In this document: positions 59,309 to 64,000 of the stretch, piece after piece
Layout: the number at the start of each line of letters is the position of its first letter
Numbering within the stretch: the first letter of the stretch is position 1
Assembly (NCBI GenBank): GCA_963716475.1
Contig: OY970314.1
Location: 436,790 to 500,789, forward strand
DNA: 64,000 nucleotides
Reading direction: 5' to 3'
Origin: Candidatus Woesebacteria bacterium
Lineage (GTDB): Bacteria; Patescibacteriota; Microgenomatia; UBA8517
Notes under the pieces: generated by a model
Told to the model about the DNA's origin: nothing
Database searches by the model: none
What the model saw: only the letters and a program-made list of their open reading frames with translations
Translations under genes and position numbers: made by a program

Positions 59309-60636
59309 TTCAATTTATTTTCAAAGTATTCCTGAAGTTTGTCAATACCTAGCCTATCCTGCTTTGCCGTGTCCCTGTCGCGTACAGTCACGGTGGCATC
59401 GTCCAGAGACTGGAAATCGACAGTTACACACCACGGAGTTCCTATCTCATCCTGGGCAAAGTAGCGTTTGCCGATATTGCCCCTATCGTCCCATGCGGTA
59501 TTAAAATTCTTCTTCAAACCGGAGTAGACTTCCCGGGCCTTCTCGACAAGTTCCGGTTTATTCTTAAGCAGAGGAAATACTGCAATCTTATAGGGGGCCA
59601 GTTTCGGATTAAGTTTTAAAATTACCCGCTCACCATCTTCCCTATATGCATCAATTAAAAAGAAAAGCATGGCGCGATCTACCCCTCCTGAGGTTTCAAT
59701 GACCCAGGGGGTAAATTCCTCACCGGTTACTTCGTCTTTATATTTCAAACCATGATTTTTCAAATCAAAATCACCTCTGTGATGAATTCCTTCAAATTCG
59801 CTCCAACCGAAGGGTGCCTCATACTCAAGGTCTGTTGCATATCTTGCATAGTGAGCTCTTTTTTCGGGTTCATGATCATGAAATCTTAATTTATCAGGGT
59901 TAATTCCGAGATCAGAATACCATTTCTTCCTGGCTTCTTTCCAAAACTCAAAAGTTTCTTTGCTTTTCCCCTCATCGGGACGCACAAAATACTCAAGTTC
60001 CATTTGATCGAACTCGCGGTCGCGGAAAGTTAAGTTTCCCGGTGTAATTTCATTCCTAAAAGCTTTCCCTATTTGTGCAATTCCGAAAGGAATTTTCACA
60101 CGGGTTGAGTCAACTACATTTTTAAAATTAACAAAAACCCCCTGAGTAATTTCGCCCCTGAGATACGCCTTCTCCTTGGGTTCGACGGTCCCCAGGAGTA
60201 CTTCAGTTAAAGTATTAAATTGCTTTGGTTCAGTCCAATTTACCTTGCCATCATGCTCTTTTTCATGATTTTTAACCGCGGTCTCATCGTCTGCCTTAAA
60301 TCTTTTATGACAAACTTTACATTCAACTAGGGGGTCGGTAAATGCTTTGAGGTGGCCTGATTTTTCCCAAACGATAGGGTTCATGATCACGGCCGCATCC
60401 ATTCCAACAACATCCTCCCTGGAATAGACCATTGATCTCCACCACTGTCCCTTGATATTGTTTTTTAGCTCAACGCCGAGAGGACCGTAATCCCAAAAAC
60501 CCTGGTACCCGCCGTAAATTTCACTTCCCTGAAAAATAAATCCGCGGCGTTTCGCCAAAGAAGTAATTTTCTCCATCAGATCCAAATGATTATCAATATC
60601 CATTACAAGAAGAATTATATCAATTTTTTCTCTCAA
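59305..60636 (-). CDS. glyQS: Glycine--tRNA ligase, alpha2 dimeric type
   Basis: MEKITSLAKRRGFIFQGSEIYGG N-terminus with class II motifs. 443 aa from the first ATG; the true start is probably the internal MEKITS. Confidence 0.9.
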   Translation of the reverse strand: MREKIDIILLVMDIDNHLDLMEKITSLAKRRGFIFQGSEIYGGYQGFWDYGPLGVELKNNIKGQWWRSMVYSREDVVGMDAAVIMNPIVWEKSGHLKAFTDPLVECKVCHKRFKADDETAVKNHEKEHDGKVNWTEPKQFNTLTEVLLGTVEPKEKAYLRGEITQGVFVNFKNVVDSTRVKIPFGIAQIGKAFRNEITPGNLTFRDREFDQMELEYFVRPDEGKSKETFEFWKEARKKWYSDLGINPDKLRFHDHEPEKRAHYARYATDLEYEAPFGWSEFEGIHHRGDFDLKNHGLKYKDEVTGEEFTPWVIETSGGVDRAMLFFLIDAYREDGERVILKLNPKLAPYKIAVFPLLKNKPELVEKAREVYSGLKKNFNTAWDDRGNIGKRYFAQDEIGTPWCVTVDFQSLDDATVTVRDRDTAKQDRLGIDKLQEYFENKLK

Positions 60637-60865
60637 CTGTTACCGTACATTCGGTAACCAAAGCTGCGATAGCTCCGACGGCAGCCAGGACCGGGGCAAT
60701 GACGGCACCTATCACACCTAAGGTAAGAGGGAATGTCACCAGGTCTTTACCCTTTTTATCGGAAATCGTAATTCTTCTCACATTTCCTTCTTTGATAAGA
60801 GCTTTAACTTTTTTCAAAAGCTCCTCACCTTTAATCTCGTATTTTTCTTCCTTCACTCTCCCCAT
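60620..60865 (-). CDS. DUF4342-family small protein
   Basis: 81 aa. EEKYEIKGEELLKKVKALIKEGNVRRITI plus a C-terminal Gly/Ala-rich hydrophobic segment. Confidence 0.55.
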   Translation of the reverse strand: MGRVKEEKYEIKGEELLKKVKALIKEGNVRRITISDKKGKDLVTFPLTLGVIGAVIAPVLAAVGAIAALVTECTVTVERKN

Positions 60866-60881
60866 GAGTATTAATATATCA

Positions 60882-61388
60882 TTATTTATTCAAAATCCAA
60901 ACGGAGAAGTTAAGAATTGAAGCAAAACTCACCCAAATGATATACGGATAAAGCAGATAACTTGCGGTTTTATTAATCCTTCCAAGCGCTAAAATTGTTT
61001 TTAGAATAAAAATCCACATAAGAAGAATTACGACCAAAGCAAGGAATAGATTTCTGGCACCAAAAAATACCGGCGACCAAATTGCGTTTAGTGCAAGTTG
61101 AATTCCAAAAAGATAAAGCGCATCTCTCACCTTTTTTGTTTTAAGACCCTTTTGCCAAACCAGAGCCAAACTGATTCCCATCAAAATATAAAGGGCTGTC
61201 CAAACCGGCCCGAATATCCAGTTGGGAGGGCTAAAAGCGGGTTTATTTATGAAAGCATACCAAGTCGGAATCGAAGAAACCGTAAATATAGTTCCTACCG
61301 CACCCGCGGACAAACAAATAATAATTGATAGAACGTATCGGAGAAATTTGTTCATGATTTTAATGCATACCTCTTGCGATAACCACAA
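60882..61388 (-). CDS. tspO: TspO/MBR-family tryptophan-rich sensory protein
   Basis: 168 aa, 5 TM helices. Conserved WYAFINKPAFSPPNWIFGPVWTALY segment. Confidence 0.8.
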   Translation of the reverse strand: MWLSQEVCIKIMNKFLRYVLSIIICLSAGAVGTIFTVSSIPTWYAFINKPAFSPPNWIFGPVWTALYILMGISLALVWQKGLKTKKVRDALYLFGIQLALNAIWSPVFFGARNLFLALVVILLMWIFILKTILALGRINKTASYLLYPYIIWVSFASILNFSVWILNK

Positions 61389-61481
61389 ACCTATGTCGTA
61401 GGGCTGAGCAAGATACTATACCCGGCGTCAAAGTACCGTAGGCGTTTAGGCCTTGGTACTTTATACTAACTCTCTTGTATA

Positions 61482-62525
61482 ATGTTATGCAAGGTGAAAA
61501 GAAGGATTTTTGTGGGACTACTTTGTTTGGGAATTTTTATATTGGGTTTTGTCATGGCTTATCTTTCTTTAACTTTATCAAAAATATTTATTAAGAAACC
61601 GGCAACGTCACCCTCCCCTACCACAAATTCGTTTTCGCAAGCCTCTCCCGCCCCCGTAACTAACCCTAAGGGAGTTTTTAATTTAATATTTTTAGGCTAC
61701 GGCGGGGCAGGACATTCCGGTTCATACCTGACCGACAGCATGATTATCGTACATATTGACACCAATACGGGAAAGGCCGCTCTGATTTCAATCCCGAGAG
61801 ACCTTTGGGTTCAGGGAAATCACAAAATTAATGCCGAGGCTTCCATAAACGGTTTTCAAAATATCGGTAACACCATCCAAAACGTCACCGGACAACACAT
61901 TGATTATTTTGTATCGGTAGATTTCGGCGGATTTACTAAAATTATTGATGATCTGGGAGAAATTACTGTTGATGTTCCAAAGACTTTCGACGATCCGTTC
62001 TATCCAATCACGGGGCAGGAAAATAATACCTGCGGATTTACGGAGGATCAGATAAATGCACTAAAGGCAAAATATTCCGGCGCCCAACTTGAAATGCAAT
62101 TCACCTGCCGCTACGAACACCTGCATTTTAATCAGGGTTCTGCAAATCTTGACGGAACAACTGCATTAAAATTTGTCCGCTCCCGCCATGGTGACAGTGA
62201 TTTCGGTCGTAGTCTAAGGCAATTTGCAGTACTTATCGGAATCGAGAATAAATTAATCTCTCTTAAATCTCTGGGGAAACTGGATGACACAATAAACACA
62301 CTATCAAACATTATTCGGACCGATTTGACGGCAGGTACAATAAAAACCTTGATAAATGTGTTCGGGGATCCCGGTAAATATAAAATAAATCAAATCCAGA
62401 TAACTACGGATAACATCTTGAATGAGGGAACCAGCAGTGACGGTCAATATATCCTGATTCCGAAAGCCGGAATGTTTAACTTCACCGGAATTAAAAGTTA
62501 TATTACTACAAATATAAATTTATAA
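61482..62525 (+). CDS. LCP-family (LytR-CpsA-Psr) cell-envelope glycopolymer transferase
   Basis: N-terminal TM, then LCP core FNLIFLGYGGAG...SDSMIIVHID...ISIPRDLWV. 347 aa. Confidence 0.8.
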   Translation: MLCKVKRRIFVGLLCLGIFILGFVMAYLSLTLSKIFIKKPATSPSPTTNSFSQASPAPVTNPKGVFNLIFLGYGGAGHSGSYLTDSMIIVHIDTNTGKAALISIPRDLWVQGNHKINAEASINGFQNIGNTIQNVTGQHIDYFVSVDFGGFTKIIDDLGEITVDVPKTFDDPFYPITGQENNTCGFTEDQINALKAKYSGAQLEMQFTCRYEHLHFNQGSANLDGTTALKFVRSRHGDSDFGRSLRQFAVLIGIENKLISLKSLGKLDDTINTLSNIIRTDLTAGTIKTLINVFGDPGKYKINQIQITTDNILNEGTSSDGQYILIPKAGMFNFTGIKSYITTNINL

Positions 62526-63046
62526 TGGAAACGATAACTCTTGCAGGAGGTTGTTTTTGGTGCACTGAGGCAATTTTTTCTCAATTAAGAGGTATTACTA
62601 AAGTAAGCCCCGGGTATTCCGGAGGCTATGCCCAAAACCCGTCCTATGAAGAAGTCTCTACGGGAAAAACGGGTCATGCAGAAAGCATCCAAATTGTTTT
62701 TGACCCGAAAATAATTTCTTTAGATAAACTACTTTATGTTTTTTTCAAACTTCATGATCCGACATTACTGAATAGGCAAGGTTCGGATATCGGGACTCAA
62801 TATCGATCTGCAATATTCTTCCAAGGAAGCCAACAAAAAGCAGTAGCGCTAAAAGCCGGAGTTGAAGCTCAACATGACCATAAAGACCCGGTTGTGACAG
62901 AAATAACACCTTTAAAGAATTTTTTCCCGGCCGATCCTTCACATAAAGATTACTATTTCAAACACAGACTATCTCCTTATTGTATTCTGGTAATCGATCC
63001 AAAAATTAAGAAGTTGAAAAAAGAATTTAAAAGCTATATTTCTTAG
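62525..63046 (+). CDS. msrA: Peptide methionine-(S)-S-oxide reductase
   Basis: Active-site GGCFWC at the N-terminus. 173 aa. Confidence 0.9.
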   Translation: METITLAGGCFWCTEAIFSQLRGITKVSPGYSGGYAQNPSYEEVSTGKTGHAESIQIVFDPKIISLDKLLYVFFKLHDPTLLNRQGSDIGTQYRSAIFFQGSQQKAVALKAGVEAQHDHKDPVVTEITPLKNFFPADPSHKDYYFKHRLSPYCILVIDPKIKKLKKEFKSYIS

Positions 63047-63057
63047 TACAACACCAG

Positions 63058-63324
63058 TTAAGTTTTTTCTTTATGTTTTCCGGAAATTCTGATCGGTATG
63101 TGGGAACGGAGCCAATTCCTGATTATCCTGGCATTTGTATCTTGATCAGGCAACTCCAATTGGGGACCAAGAATAACGGATAGGTTGTTACATCGGCCGT
63201 GATTAGGCTGATGATATGCGGACCTCACAAAGTGGTTTACCTTGTCGCAAGACCGCATATCGTTGACGTCGCTGCCAAAATCATCCAGCCCGCCCAGACT
63301 GTCTATGTCTTCTTTCCGGCCCAC
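63058..63324 (-). CDS. Hypothetical ORF (88 aa), doubtful
   Basis: Open frame only. Atypical composition and no motif. Confidence 0.15.
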   Translation of the reverse strand: MGRKEDIDSLGGLDDFGSDVNDMRSCDKVNHFVRSAYHQPNHGRCNNLSVILGPQLELPDQDTNARIIRNWLRSHIPIRISGKHKEKT

Positions 63325-63412
63325 AAGGAGTTTATAATCCTATGAACCCCCTATCGACAACTGGCAAAAAATTTATAAAATGTAATTTCACTTAGTCTTC
63401 GGGAAAATATTT

Positions 63413-63955
63413 TCAATCGTTAAGAACGTAAACATCCTGCCTGGTATCGCTTACCCCGATTTTTTCTCCCTCTCCTTTTAAAATTCTTTCATACGGCCGG
63501 CAGGAATAGCACCCGTCTTTGGGGCACTTAAAATGATTAATTTGTCTGGCCAGCTTAATTCTCCTGGCAACCGTGTAAACTTTTTCAAAGGATTTATTTA
63601 TATCAGGCAATTTCTTTTCAATAAGACCATCGTCTCTGTCCAAATACCAATATGACACTCCTGAAACCTTTTTGCTTTGAGTATTTGTTGCCAATAGAAG
63701 ATATATGGGAAGCTGGAGCGAATCTTCAGGTTCTTCGTTTTTTCCGGTTTTAAAGTCAATTATATGAACCGAATCACCTTTTTCTTTATATTCCAGCCAG
63801 TCAATTTTACCGCAAAGAATAATATTATCTTCAACGCTAAGCCAATAGTTAGGAAGATTTATACTCGATTTAATTTTTATAGCCGGACGTACGATCGGCC
63901 CCGGGTTTTCCTGCAAATTAATAAGCATTTGCGTTCCCCTTTCCCTGTAAACCAT
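63413..63955 (-). CDS. PD-(D/E)xK nuclease, Cas4/RecB-family-like with C-terminal Cys cluster; N-terminus may extend beyond the window
   Basis: HIIDFKTGK (motif II/III DxK), QLPIYLLLA (QhxxY) and C-terminal CPKDGCYSC. This matches the Cas4/RecB nuclease-domain layout. No cas genes or CRISPR are visible in the window. Confidence 0.55.
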   Translation of the reverse strand: MVYRERGTQMLINLQENPGPIVRPAIKIKSSINLPNYWLSVEDNIILCGKIDWLEYKEKGDSVHIIDFKTGKNEEPEDSLQLPIYLLLATNTQSKKVSGVSYWYLDRDDGLIEKKLPDINKSFEKVYTVARRIKLARQINHFKCPKDGCYSCRPYERILKGEGEKIGVSDTRQDVYVLND

Positions 63956-64000
63956 CTCTTCCGAGTGTGTTTTAAAGCCTCCTTTTTTGCCCGTAATTTT

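Noticed and set aside
1-64000. CRISPR arrays, transposases, integrases, rRNA genes
   Set aside because: No regularly spaced direct repeats, no IS-like inverted repeats or recombinase motifs, and no rRNA-like conserved stretches were seen anywhere in the window.

Overview
Low-GC bacterial chromosomal segment, about 40% GC, with tight operons and small, reduced-looking proteins. Several fused genes suggest a small-genome lineage such as Patescibacteria/CPR, but that is an inference. No mobile elements, CRISPR arrays or rRNA genes are visible.

Layout:
- 0.2-12.4 kb: a surface-glycan biosynthesis locus. It carries NDP-sugar dehydrogenase, dehydratase and ketoreductase genes, a TcaB9-like sugar C-methyltransferase, a TylF-like O-methyltransferase, three glycosyltransferases and a Wzx flippase. 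One glycosyltransferase is a GT2 fused to a polytopic membrane domain.
- 12.8-15.6 kb: a secreted lipase-like alpha/beta hydrolase, a bis-His membrane protein, a Cys-rich small ORF and tRNA-Val(CAC).
- 16-24 kb: housekeeping genes. These are a CBS-less IMPDH/GMP-reductase, lepB, parB, rplU-rpmA, a SEDS paralog and ileS.
- 24.7-39.7 kb, minus strand: a near-complete division/cell-wall cluster, murE, murC-murB-murD' fusion, 'murD, ddl, alr, murF, mraY, ftsW, murG, ftsQ, ftsA, ftsZ. The murD reading frame is broken by a 10-nt near-duplication.
- 39.8-50 kb: this block interrupts the division/cell-wall cluster. It holds a plus-strand ATP-citrate-lyase-like trio (SucC-like, SucD-like, short citrate-synthase-like) and a HAD hydrolase. 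Minus-strand UDP-GlcNAc supply genes follow: a GlmU-like gene, nagB, a GT4 gene and glmS. The GC-rich glmS leader is a candidate ribozyme.
- 50-55.7 kb: yvcK, murA, ftsI, ftsL, rsmH, mraZ.
- 56-64 kb: a pentapeptide-repeat protein, a TPR membrane protein, glyQS, DUF4342, tspO, an LCP gene, msrA and a partial Cas4/RecB-like PD-(D/E)xK nuclease at the window edge.

The most unusual items:
- the apparently frameshifted MurC-MurB-MurD triple fusion
- the C-/O-methylated deoxysugar glycan locus
- the ACL-like module
- the GC-rich leader segments upstream of glmS and rplU
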